DNA of 64,000 bases, from assembly GCF_963921235.1 (NCBI RefSeq), contig NC_086108.1, positions 56,112,001 to 56,176,000 on the forward strand, written 5' to 3'. The position numbers and the translations under genes are program-made. The DNA comes from Mobula hypostoma. Lineage: Eukaryota. The notes beneath the pieces are model-generated. The model was not told where the DNA came from. It did no database searches and worked only from the letters and a program-made list of their open reading frames with translations. Within the stretch, counting starts at the first letter, position 1. Every line of letters begins with the position of its first letter. Below, piece after piece: positions 37,801-49,597 of this stretch.

Positions 37801-38524
37801 GGAGTTTGAATAAATAAATATATTAATAAATAATCAATAGTAGTTGTCCTAAGCTCAAGTATTTAATTCCTAGTTTTTTCACTTTCTTTAACTCTTACCC
37901 CTCTTTCGGATTTTCCTCAGAACCAAGTTCTTCCACCAAATTGTTTTTTTACCCATTCTAATACTTCATCTGTGTTTTGGTATTCAATTTTGTTTATACC
38001 CATGAAGAGTACTCTTGGGACTTCTTACAATGCTAAAGACAGCAAACAAATAAAATGGGTTGTTGATATTGAATAAATAACCATGTGTATCATATATCAA
38101 TATATTCACTTGTGGCAGGTTACCAGCAGCCCAAGTTTTCCTCAATTCGTGGAAGAAATTACTGCCAAAAACTTTGCAGCAGATTCCTCTTCAGTGATTC
38201 CTTGCTCAAATAGAAGATAATAGACAAAGACAAGAATGGATTTGTTTCTTGTGTCACGCAATCTCTCACTTCCTTGCTTACATTAAAAAGAATGGCCTCA
38301 ATCAAGTCTTGGGAGACATGCAACAATCAGAGTACAGAAGTTATCACCTTCAAGATAGGAAACAGGAGAGAAAATAATTCAAAACAGTTTCAAACTGAGT
38401 ACTTCAATGTTTTTACCTTACATTTAAAGCAAGTAAGATAAGTAAGTTGCTACTTTTGAAACTTGAAATGATCTTTTACCTGATTTCATTTCTAAGTAGT
38501 TTTATTTTGTTTTGTGTTTTACAG

Positions 38525-38651
38525 GCCAGGTCCTTCAGCCCTCCCATTCATTCCTCTAGTCCTCCACCAATAGCTCCTTTAGCTCGAGCAGAAAGCACTT
38601 CCTCCATATCTTCAACTAACTCTCTGAGTGCTGCTACCACCCCTACAGTCG
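38525..38651 (+). CDS. SGIP1: SGIP1 exon ([42 protein letters not shown])
   Basis: ttacAG|GCC...GTCG|GTAAAG, 127 nt. Essentially identical to the recalled SGIP1 sequence. Confidence 0.95.
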
Positions 38652-39806
38652 GTAAAGTACTATTTTTAGTCTTTTATTAAGTCAGTAGAGCAATAAAGGC
38701 TGCAATAAATGGCATTGTTTGAGTTCAAGAAATTCTTTCTGAATGTTTTTTTTCCCTGGGAATTTCCAGTGCCTTCCATCTTTATTTCAATTTTCCACCA
38801 TCTGCAGGATAGCTGGAGTGTTAAGTTTATTCACTTTGGACTGACGTGGGCATCGTTCATCAGTCCATGTCTCAATTCCCCATTCCACATATGGCACTCT
38901 GACTGACAAAAGACCTATTGTGTGGAATGGTAAGAAATACGTCGGTACCGAACAGTTGGGCAGGGCATGCATGGCTACTTACAAGTCCAATTCGTGTTGA
39001 TGGAAGAGCTCAAGCAAGACTGTGTTGGAGGGTAGAATGATGGAGAGGAAGTGAACCTCAATGAGATGGCATCCTGAGAAACAATATATACTGTATGTTC
39101 CTGTACATTCTTCCTCCTGCTCCTTTTCCTCTTCATTAAAAGAGCTGCTATCTTCTCTGTCTTGTCCTGCCAAAAGTAGCAGCTTTAAGAGAACCATTCT
39201 GTTTAAGGGTGCCTTCAGATCACTTAAGGCACCTGAATCACTTCAGCATGGTGATAGCTTCCTCTCTGGGTCTTTTGGTTGCCAGGTTGTTTTGGTTGCT
39301 TAGCTTCATGGTCTTGCTGCACCGCAATGGCTATCAGCCAGGACTTAAGAGAATCTCTGAGAAGCTAGACAAACCCGCTTAGAGATCTGACAAGATCCAG
39401 GAAATAGACTGACATAAGACAGAGAATTATGAAAGCACACTAGAAATACTCTGCAGTGAATGTTAAGGGAGCAAAATTCCTTCTTGTTGATGGTTAGTTC
39501 AGGATAACCTGGAGATACCTTGAGGACAGATGTGTGCAGTCAATGATACCTTGCAACTGTGGGAAGCCAGGCTCCAAACCTGAGGACACATGTATGCTCA
39601 GTGGTCACATTTGTTACAGAGTCAATGTGATGGCTGCTCTGGAGAACTTCTTCAGTAACTCCCAGTAGGATCCCTAAACAAAGAGGTTGAGGTTAATATT
39701 TATCAATACAACTACTGGTAAAACACAAGTCTCAGGTTCAGTGTTCTGAAGATTTTGTTCCAATGCTCTATAAAGACTTAACCATCTAATATGCTATCCT
39801 GAGTAT

Positions 39807-40965
39807 CATAGAAACATAGAAAATAGGTGCAGGAGTAGGCCATTCGGCCCTTCGAGCCTGCACCGCCATTTATTATGATCATGGCTGATCATCCAACTCA
39901 GAACCCCGCCCCAGCCTTCCCTCCATACCCCCTGACCCCTGTAGCCACAAGGGCCATATCTAACTCCCTCTTAAACATAGCCAATGAACTGGCCTCAACA
40001 GTTTGCTGTGGCAGAGAATTCCACAGATTCACCACTCTCTGTGTGAAGAAGTTTTTCCTAATCTCGGTCCTAAAAGGCTTCCCCTCTATCCTCAAACTGT
40101 GACCCCTCATTCTCGACTTCCCCAACATCGGGAACAATCTTCCTGCATCTAGCCTGTCCAATCCCTTTAGGATCTTATATGTTTCAATCAGATCCCCCCT
40201 CAATCTTCTAAATTCCAACGAGTACAAGCCCAGTTCATCCAGTCTTTCTTCATATGAAAGTCCTGCCATCCCAGGAATCAATCTGGTGAACCTTCTTTGT
40301 ACTCCTATGGCAAAGATGTCTTTCCTCAGATTAGGGGACCAAAACTGCACACAATACTCCAGGTGTGGTCTCACCAAGGCCTTGTACAACTGCAGTAGTA
40401 CCTCCCTGCTCCTGTACTCGAATCCTCTCGCTATAAATGCCAGCATACCATTCGCCTTTTTCACCGCCTGCTGTACCTGCATGCCCACTTTCAATGACTG
40501 GTGTATAATGACACCCAGGTCTCGTTGCACCTCCCCTTTTCCTAATCGGCCACCATTCAGATAATAATCTGTTTTCCTATTTTTGCCACCAAAGTGGATA
40601 ACTTCACATTTATCCACATTAAATTGCATCTGCCATGAATTTGCCCACTCACCTAACCTATCCAAGTCACCCTGCATCCTCTTAGCATCCTCCTCACAGC
40701 TAACACTGCCGCCCAGCTTCGTGTCATCCGCAAACTTGGAGATGCTGCATTTAATTCCCTCATCCAAGTCATTAATATATATTGTAAACAACTGGGGTCC
40801 CAGCACTGAGCCTTGCGGTACCCCACTAGTCACCGCCTGCCATTCTGAAAAGGTCCCGTTTATTCCCACTCTTTGCTTCCTGTCTGCTAACCAATTCTCC
40901 ACCCACACCAATACCTTACCCCCAATACCGTGTGCTTTAAGTTTGCACACTAATCTCCTGTGTGG
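39807..40965 (-). mobile_element. Young 5'-truncated CR1 LINE (350-aa open C-terminal ORF2)
   Basis: GVPQGSVLGP, KFADDTK, LVRPHLEYCVQFWSP and FFTQRVVNLWNSLP. Tail catagaaacatagaaa. Confidence 0.93.
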
Positions 40966-40991
40966 AGATCATCAGACACTAGTGTTTAAAT

Positions 40992-41760
40992 GGTTCAAAG
41001 TTCAAATTAAATTTATCATGAAAGTACATATATGATGTATGTACTTTTAGATGTCATGCTGAATCTCATATACAACCCTGAGATTCGTTTTCTTGTGGAC
41101 ATAATCAATAAATCCAATAACCGTAATAGAAGCAATGAAAGACCGCACCAACAGGGTGGGCAACCAATATGCAAAAGACAGCAATCAGTTCAAATATAAA
41201 AAGAAAGCAAAAGGCATAATAATAATAATAATAATAATCAATAAGCAAAGCAATATCGAGAACATGAGATGAAGCGTCCTTGAAAGTGAGTCTATAGGTT
41301 GTCCATTGATGAGACAAATGAAGACGAGTGAAGTTATCCCCTTAGGTTCAGGAGCCTGATGGTTGAGGGGTAATAACTGTTCATGCACCTGTTGGTGTGA
41401 GTCCTGAGGCTCCTGTACCTTCTACCTGATGGCAGAGGTGAGAAGAGAGCATGGCCTGGGTGGTGGGACTTCCTGATGATGGATGCTGCTTTCTGGCAAC
41501 AACACTCCGTGTAGATGTACTCAGTGGTAAGGAGGGCTTTACCCATAATGGACTGGTGATCCACTACTTTTTGTAGGATTTTCCATTCAAGGGCATCAGT
41601 GTTTCCATACCAGGCTGTCAATATACTCTCCACAACACATTTATAAAAGTTTGTCAAAGTTTTAGATGTCATGCTGAATCTTCGCAAACTCCTAAGGAAG
41701 TAGAGGTGTGCTGTCTTTGTAATTGCACTTACGTGCTGGGCCAAGGACAAGTCCTCTGCT
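40992..41760 (-). mobile_element. Rex1/Babar LINE 3' fragment containing an (AAT)n tract
   Basis: LYFLRSLRRF...HPGHALFSPLPSGRRYRSLRTHTNR..NSYYP C-terminal signature. Confidence 0.85.
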
Positions 41761-43109
41761 CAAGGAAATCAGTGTCTGACTGTAAATCCTGTTTGTAAGC
41801 CAGACCTCTTTTGTGATCCCTACACTTCGTACAATGGTAGGCAAGTGACACACATTCTGCTGGTTTCCATGGATTTTTTCTGTTGTCCGAAACTGTCCTT
41901 GAGTCTCATAATATTATAGCATTGGTCACACATGCTCTTGTGGAAGTGCAGAACTGAAAAGTGCATTGAACAAGGGGACACTTTCAAAGTTTTGAGAAGT
42001 GATCAACAGAGTTTACAAATGAAGCTTACGTTCCAGTAAACTTTGCTCCCAAGTTTCACAATCTCCCTTTTGACAGAGTCACACAAAAACACAGCTGAGA
42101 GGCTGCAGTAATTTTGCCAGAATTATAATGCCAGTTAGCTTTTTGACCTACGTCCAACACCTCTGTGTCACCAATTTTCTCATTGGCAGGGCGAATCTGG
42201 ACTCTATCACACTTTATCAGTAAAAACTATGTTCATATTTCTGAACCCACGCTCATGAGGAGATGTTATGCAAGGTCTGACTTTTTATGTAAAATATGGA
42301 AGTCAAGGCTCAGCTTGAAAATAACAGCACCTGATCAATTTAACGCAATCCCCACACCCACCTCTCCACCCTCGTTTTCAAAAATATCGGCACACGGGGG
42401 TCAATATTTCCTCCCCGGAGTTTCCGAGGGCAATGATACAATAGTGATGTCTGCATTCACTTTGCTGTTGACACGTTGAGATCAAGATGAGGAGAATGTG
42501 ATTTATAGCCAACAAACTGTCATGAAAATGTACAACTCATTGAACAAGAATAATCTTCGTATTAGCCATTCTTTGAGTCCGTACAAAAGAGACATTAACA
42601 TTTTGCTTGCTCCATTGCTTCATTGTACTTTACTGTGACCATTCCACATTCTTTTCTGTTCTGTCTGATATCATTCCAGTTGTAAAATGTCCCCTTCTGC
42701 AGTAATATAAATTTGGGTCATTCCCTCTTATCTTTTCATCTTCTACCACTAACAAGGATAACCCAGGGGTAGAAATCCATGTTAAAATCTACGGTAAATT
42801 AATTTTATACTTGCAAACTTCATGATATTATTTTTGAGAAATAGGATTGTTTACTGTTTCTGATCATCAAACCCAGGTCACAATTGACTTGTGTTAAGAG
42901 AGAATATAGCTCTTTCAATTCTAATCCACTGGTGTAATTTCTTCTTCAGTTCTCCAGAAAATCCTGTGGACCTTCTAAAAAGATTCATCAGTTAGTTGTA
43001 CAAAGTTCAAAGGAAGTTTATAATCAAAATACATACATATCACCATATACAACCCTGAGATTAATTTCCTTGCTGGCATTCACAGTAAATACAAAGAAGC
43101 ACAATATAA

Positions 43110-43385
43110 TGAGGCAGCGTGGTGGCGTAGTGGTTAGCACAATGCTTTACAGTATAGATGCAGGTTCAATTCCCGATCCTGTCTGTAAGGAGTTTGTACA
43201 TTTTGAATGTATAGGTGTCTTCGAGGTGCTCTGGTTTCCTCCCACGTTCCAAAGATGTACCGGTTGGTAGGTTAATTGGACATTATCCCGTGATTAAGCT
43301 AGGATTAAATTGGGCGAATGCTGAGCAGCGTGGCTTGAAAGGCTGGAAGAGCCTATTCCACACTATCCCAATAAATAAATAATCA
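43110..43385 (+). mobile_element. V-SINE (HE1-like), tRNA-derived
   Basis: A-box tggcgtagtgg, B-box ggttcaattcc, V-domain-like core and (aata)n tail. Confidence 0.8.
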
Positions 43386-44264
43386 ATAAAAGACTGCACC
43401 CAATGAACCGGACAAACACCAATATGTAAAAGATAACCAACTTTGCAAATACAAAAAGAGAATAAATAAATAAATAAATGAGCAATTATTATCAAGAATA
43501 TGAGATTAAGGGTCCTTGAGAGTGAGCTCATAGGTTGTGGAAACAGTTCAGAGATGGGGTGAGTGAACTTGAGTGAAATTATCTCCTCCAGTTCAAGATC
43601 CTGATGACTCATGAGTAATAACTTCCTGAACCTGGTAGTGTGAGTCTTAGGGCACCTGTACCTCGTTCCTGATAGCAGCAGTGAGCAGAGAGCATGGGCT
43701 GGATGGTGGGGTCCTTGATGATGGATGCTGTTTTCCTGTGACAGCACTCCATGCAGATGTGCTCAGTGGTGGAGAAGGCTTTATACTGGGCTGTATCCAT
43801 TACTTTTCGTAAGCTTATCCGTTCAAGGGCATTGGTGTTTCCATACCAGCTGTGTCGCTACTAGTCAATATACTCACCACCACACATCTTTAGAAGTTTG
43901 ACTAAGTTTTAGGTGTCATACTGAATCTATGCAAATTTCTGAGAAAGTAGAGGTGCTGCCGTGCGTTCCTTGTAATGGCACTTACATGCTGGACCCAGGA
44001 CAGAACCTCCCAAATGATTACACCAAAGAATTTAAAGGTTCTGACCCACTCCACCTCTGATCCCCAATGAGAACTGGCTCACAGACCTGCGGTTTACACT
44101 TCCTGCAGTCAATAATCAGCTCCTTGGTCTTACTGACATTGAGTGAGAGGTTGTCGTTGTGGTACCACTCAGCCAGATTTTCAATCTCCTGCCTATACGC
44201 TGATTCATCACCTCTTTGTTTCGGCCAATGACAGTGGTGTCATCAGCAAACGTAAATATGGCAT

Positions 44265-47200
44265 ATGCTACTTCTTCCTGCCCTCCCTCCACCTTCTTAC
44301 TCTGACTTCATCCCTTCCTTTCCTATCCTGATGAAGGATCTTGGCCCGAAACGTCAACTGTTTACTTTTTTCCATAGAGGTTGCCTGGCCCTACTGAGTT
44401 CCTCCAGAATTTTGTGTGTGTTGCTTTGGATCTGCAGCATCTGCAGATTTTCTCTTGTTTGTGGCTCTACTACTACACTGCAAAGTCTCTTCAAGGGATG
44501 CCAACCCTGAAGAAGTTTAAATCTTCCCTTCCATAGGAGTTCAGTGATAGTCCCTCTCACTGCTCCCCCTCTGTGATCTCTGCAGCCCTTCGACTCTTCG
44601 ATCATATGGTCATCCAGACCCACTACTACAGCCACGTATCCTTCCTGGGAACATGTCTTCTCCACCCTCTTGTGCCACATGGCTTCCAGATCTGGTTCAG
44701 GCTTTTCGATTTGGACCCTCTGAGGACCCTAGGTACTCACATTCAATTGGCTAGTTCTCCCACCAAGTACTACATGCCAAGCTTTCTGCCATGAGGAGGT
44801 ACCTGCACTCTCTGTCCCAGTCGTTGATTCTCCCTCTGCTGTTTGCAATAGACCTGTCTGATACTGTATCATCTGCTGGATCCATACTTTCAGTTCTTCA
44901 CCTTTTTCATGTCCAGCAAGGATCAGAAGATCACCCATCTGAAGACTGCAGAAGCGACCATCTCCAACGCCGGCAGCCAAGGACATCCCTAGACCACGGT
45001 CCCTGCAGCTGACCTCGTTACCATCAAGTGCCCCCAGATTACGAATTTCTCCAAATCAATCCCCACCCCGACAGCTCTGGACACCTCTATACTGGTGACT
45101 CTAACATCGCCAACACTGGTTCCAAAAATCCCGAGCAGATTTAGAACCCTGATTCCACCGCCATCAATGCAGGTTCCAACAACCCTGGTAACCTTCAACT
45201 TGCTGGTTGCTCAGCCGCTAACTCCAACTCCAGCCTGGACCGACAGCACCTCCAGGTCGAGCCTTTACACTGCTGTTTAAACACTAGCCTCCCTTTACCT
45301 CACCACCATCCTGCTCTCTCAGAGCTTCCATCTTCCTCCCACCCCATCTATCCTGAACACCCCAACCCTCAGACAATACCAGCCCTCTTCTTCCTCCCCT
45401 CTGAGCCCAGCTCCCATCCATGCTGGGTCTTCACTGTTCCCACTGACTTTCCCCTCTCTGAGACAGACTGTTCTGTCCTCAGTAAGGGCCGCACCTTTGT
45501 CACCCTGTGCCCGCCATGATGCTGAGCTCTTCTTCCTGCTCTGGTCTTCTGCCTGCTCTGAAACTTTTTATTGCTATTTGCCAATGAGACATCAACTATC
45601 TCAACTTTACCAGTGCTCTCTCCAATTCTAACCTCACTCCTTCTAAACGCACTGTTCTCCACTCTCTCTGCATCAATCCTAACCTCACCTGCATATAAGG
45701 AGGGTTCTATAGTCATCTGACCACTAGTCTTGGACACCTTCTCTTACTTATCCTCGAACAGGACCAGGCCATTGGCTCCCACGACATCACCAACCTTATA
45801 AACTGGAGTTTTCCCATCCACTGCCACCAACCTCACAGTTCCCTCGCATCTCCCACTTCTACCTCCTACCCAAGATCCATAAACCTGCCTGTCCAAGGTA
45901 GACCCACTGTTTCTGCTCCTTCCTGCCCCACTGAACATATACCTGCATACCTCAACTCTGTTTTATTCCCCTAGTTCTGTCCCTTCCTACCTACATCTGC
46001 AATACTTCACACACTCTTGATCTTTTCAAATACTTCAAATTCTCTACCCTAATCATCTTATTTTCACTATGAATGTCCAGTCCCTGTACACCCCCAACTC
46101 CCATCAGGAGGGCCTTAAAGCTCTCCACTTCTTTCTGGACAACAGATCCAACCAGTTCCCCTCCACCACCACTCTCTTCCTTCTGGTGGAACAGGTCCTC
46201 ATTCTCAATAATTTCTCCTTCAGCTCCTCCCACTTCCACCAAACCAAAGGTGTAGCCATGGGCTCTCACATGGGTCCCAGCTATGCTTGCCTTTTTGTCG
46301 GCTACGTGGAACAGTCCCTGGTCCAAGCCTACCCCGGTATCTCTCCCAAAATCTTCCTTCACTACATCGATGACCGCATTGGTGCTGCTTCCTGCACCCA
46401 TGCTGAACTCGTCAACTTCATCAACTTTGCTTCCAACTTCTACTCTGCCCTCAGAATTACTTGGTCCATTTCCTAAACCTCCCTCCTATTTCTCAATCTC
46501 TCTTCTCCAATCTCTGGAGACAGTCTATCTACTGATATGTTTTATAAACCCACTTATTCTTACAGGCACCTGGACCATAACTCTGCTCACCCAGTCACAT
46601 GTAAAAATGCCAACCCCTTTTCTTTGTTCCTCCGTCTCCGCTGCATCTGCTCAGAGGATGAGACTTTTCATTCGAGAACAAATGAGATGTCCTCCTTCTT
46701 CAAAGAAGGGGCCTTTCCTTCCTCCACCATCAACGCTGCCCTCACCCACATCCCTTCCATTTTGTGCATGTCTGCCGTCACCCGATCCTCCCACCACCCT
46801 GCCAGGAATAAAGTTCCTTGTCCTAAACTACCACCCCACCAGCCTCCGTAACTTCTGCCATCTCCAATGGGATCCTACACAATGCACATCTTTCCTTCCC
46901 CTACATTTTACGCAGAGATCACTCCCTACGTAGCTCTCTTGTCCATTTGTCCCTCCCCACTGATCTCCCTCCTGCACTTATCCTTGCGAGCAGAACAAGT
47001 GCTACACCTACCCCTACACCTCCTCCCTCACTACCATTCAGGGCCCTAAACAGTTCTTCCAGCTGAGTTGACAGTTCACCTGTGAGTCAGTTGGGGTTAC
47101 CTACCAATTTCGGTGCTCCCGGTGTGGCCTCCTGTATATCAGTGAGACCCAGCGTAGAATAGGAGACCAGTTCTATGAGTACCTACGTTGTATCTGCCGG

Positions 47201-47973
47201 ATAAAGCAGGATCTCCCCATCTCCACCAATTTCAATTCCACTTCCCATTCCTATTCTGACATGTCGGTCCATGGCTTCCTCTACTGCCGTGATCAGACCA
47301 CACTCAGGTTGGAGCGGCAACTCCTTATATTCTATCTGGATAGCCTCCAACCTAATTGCATGAATAACTCTCCCCCAATTCCTGTTTCCCTCTCTCACCT
47401 TATCTCCTTACGTGCCCATCACCTCCCTCTGGTGCTCCTCCTCCTTCCCTTTCTTCCATGGTTTTCTATCCTTTCCTATCAGATTCCCCCTTCTCCAGCC
47501 CTGTATCTCTTTCACCAATCAACTTCCCAGCTCTTTATTTCACCCCTCCCCCCTCCCCTCCTGGTTTCACCCATCACCTACCACCTTGTAGTTCCCCTCC
47601 TCCCACCTTCTTACTCAGATTTCTCCTCTTCCTTTCCAGTCCTGAGGAAGAGTCTCGTCTTGAAACGCCGACTGTTTACTCTTTTCCATAGATGTTCCCT
47701 AGCCTTCTGAGTTCCTCCAGCATTTTGTGTGTGTTGCTTAGGAGTTATAGGGAGGTAGTCACCCCTAGGTTGCAGGAGGCAGATAAGTGGGTCAGGAGAG
47801 GGAAGGGAAATGAGCAGCCAATACGGAGTACCCCAGTGTCCAATCCTTCATTAGTAAGTATACTGTTTTGGATACTGTTGAGGGAGGCGTCATGCCTGGC
47901 CTGCCGAGTTGCTCCAGCATTTTGTGCGTGTTGCTTGGATCTGCAACATGTGAGGATTTTCTCATGTTTGTGA
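44265..47973 (+). mobile_element. Older, approximately full-length PLE with direct pseudo-LTRs, inserted in Rex1
   Basis: 5' pLTR (about 44268-44460) repeats the 3' end (about 47590-47740). Decayed RT (MNVQSLYT, GVAMGSHMGP, YIDD) and GIY-YIG. TSD taaatatggcat/taaacatggcat at 44253-44264 and 47974-47985. Confidence 0.88.
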
Positions 47974-48569
47974 TAAACATGGCATTGGAGCTGAGCTTAG
48001 CTTTACGGTCATAAATATAACGTGAGTAGAGTAGGGCGCTAAGGATGCAGCTTTGTGGTGCACCTGTGATTGTGGAGGATTGTGTCATTGCCAATCTGAA
48101 CTGACTGGGGTCTGCAAATGAGGACGTCAATGATCCTTTTACACAAGGAAATACTGAGGCCTAGGTCTTGAAGCTTATTGATCTGTTTACAGAAGATGAT
48201 AGTATTGAATGCCAAGCTGTAGTCAATGAAAGGCAACCTTATGTATGCATCTTTGCTGTCCAGATGTTCCATGATTGAGCAAACAACAAATGAAATGACA
48301 TCTGCTGTTGACCTTTGGTGATGGTAGTCACTCCTCAGGCAGAATTCGATATTTTTCATCACCTACCTCTCAAACACTCCATCACAGTGGGTGTAAGTGC
48401 TACTGGATGACAGTCATCGAGGCAGGTAACCACATTCTTCTTAGGTACCCCTATAATTGAAACCTGTTTGAAGCAGGTGGGTACCACAGACTGCTGAAGC
48501 AAGAGGTTAAAGATATCAGGCAGTTGATCATCGCAGGTCTTTAGTATTCAGCCAGGTACCTCAACAGGG

Positions 48570-48883
48570 TGGGCACGTGGCCAAGTGGTTAAGGCATTGG
48601 ACTAGCGACCTGAAGGTCGTGAGTTCGAGCCCCAGCCGAGGCAACGTGTCGTGTCCTTGAGCAAGGCACTTAATCACACATTGCTCTGCGACGACACTGG
48701 TGTCAAGATGTATGGGTCCTAATGCCCTTCCCTTAGACAACATTGGTGGCGTGGAGAGGGGAGACTTGCAGCATGGGCAACTGCTGGTCTTCCATGCAAC
48801 CTTGCCCAGGCCTGTGCCCTGGAGAGCGAAGACTTTCCAGGTGCAGATCCATGGTCTCGCAAGACTAACGGATGCCTTTATTT
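48570..48883 (+). mobile_element. Young tRNA-derived SINE with CORE-like domain, 13-bp TSD
   Basis: A-box tggccaagtgg, B-box gagttcgagcc, CORE-like gtgtccttgagcaaggcacttaa. TSD tacctcaacaggg at 48557-48569 and 48884-48896. Confidence 0.88.
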
Positions 48884-49138
48884 TACCTCAACAGGGCCAG
48901 ATGAAAGGTTCACTCTCCTGAAGGATGCACTCACGTCAGCCTCACAGACTGAAATCATAGCGTCATTGGGGCTGTGGGTGTTCAGGAAGGTTCCCCCATG
49001 TTCTGATGGCCAAAGCGAGCATAAAAGGCATTGAGCTGAGCTGGGAGCAAAACCTATGTCACCTGGTTTCACTTTGTAGAAGGTGATAATACTCAAGTCC
49101 TGCCACGGCTGTCGAGCATGTTTCAGTGATTCAAGTTA

Positions 49139-49424
49139 GGGCACCACAGTAGCCTACCAGCTAGCATGACACTATTACAGCTCAGGGCAGCAGAGTTCAG
49201 AGTTCAATTCCAATGTCATCTGTAAGGAGTCTGTATGTCCTCCCCGTGGAAAGCATGGGTTTTCTCTGGATGCTCTGGTTTTCTCTCACAGTCCAAAGAC
49301 GTACCGGTTAGTAGGTTAATTGACCATTGTAAATTGACCTGTGATGAGGCTAGGGTTAGTCAGGGTGGTGGAGCTCTAAGGGCCAGAAGATCCTATTGCA
49401 CGCTGAATCTCAGTAAATAAATAA
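49139..49424 (+). mobile_element. V-SINE (HE1-like)
   Basis: gagttcaattcc B-box, V-domain-like core and taaataaataa tail. Confidence 0.75.
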
Positions 49425-49597
49425 TAGCTTGGTCCAGAATTGTCACTTCACATGTGTAATGGCTTTCCGGAGGTCGTACCAGAGCCTTTCGTATTTTACT
49501 GGGACACCAGACCTGAACAACACTGATCTGGCCTTTAGCAGCTTGTGGATCTAATGGTTCATCCATGACTTCAGGTTAGAGAAGAACTGGAATGATT

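Larger units (their letters stand above)
43003..49595 (-). mobile_element. Rex1/Babar LINE interrupted by nested SINEs and a PLE
   Basis: C-terminus at 43600-43960. RT pieces FADDTTV (about 44230-44250), TGAPQSCILS and FIDYSLAFNTI (48040-48240). The frame joins across the PLE insert. Confidence 0.8.

Noticed and set aside
48570..48642. tRNA gene
   Set aside because: It has A/B boxes but continues into a SINE body and tail enclosed by a TSD, so it is a SINE head.
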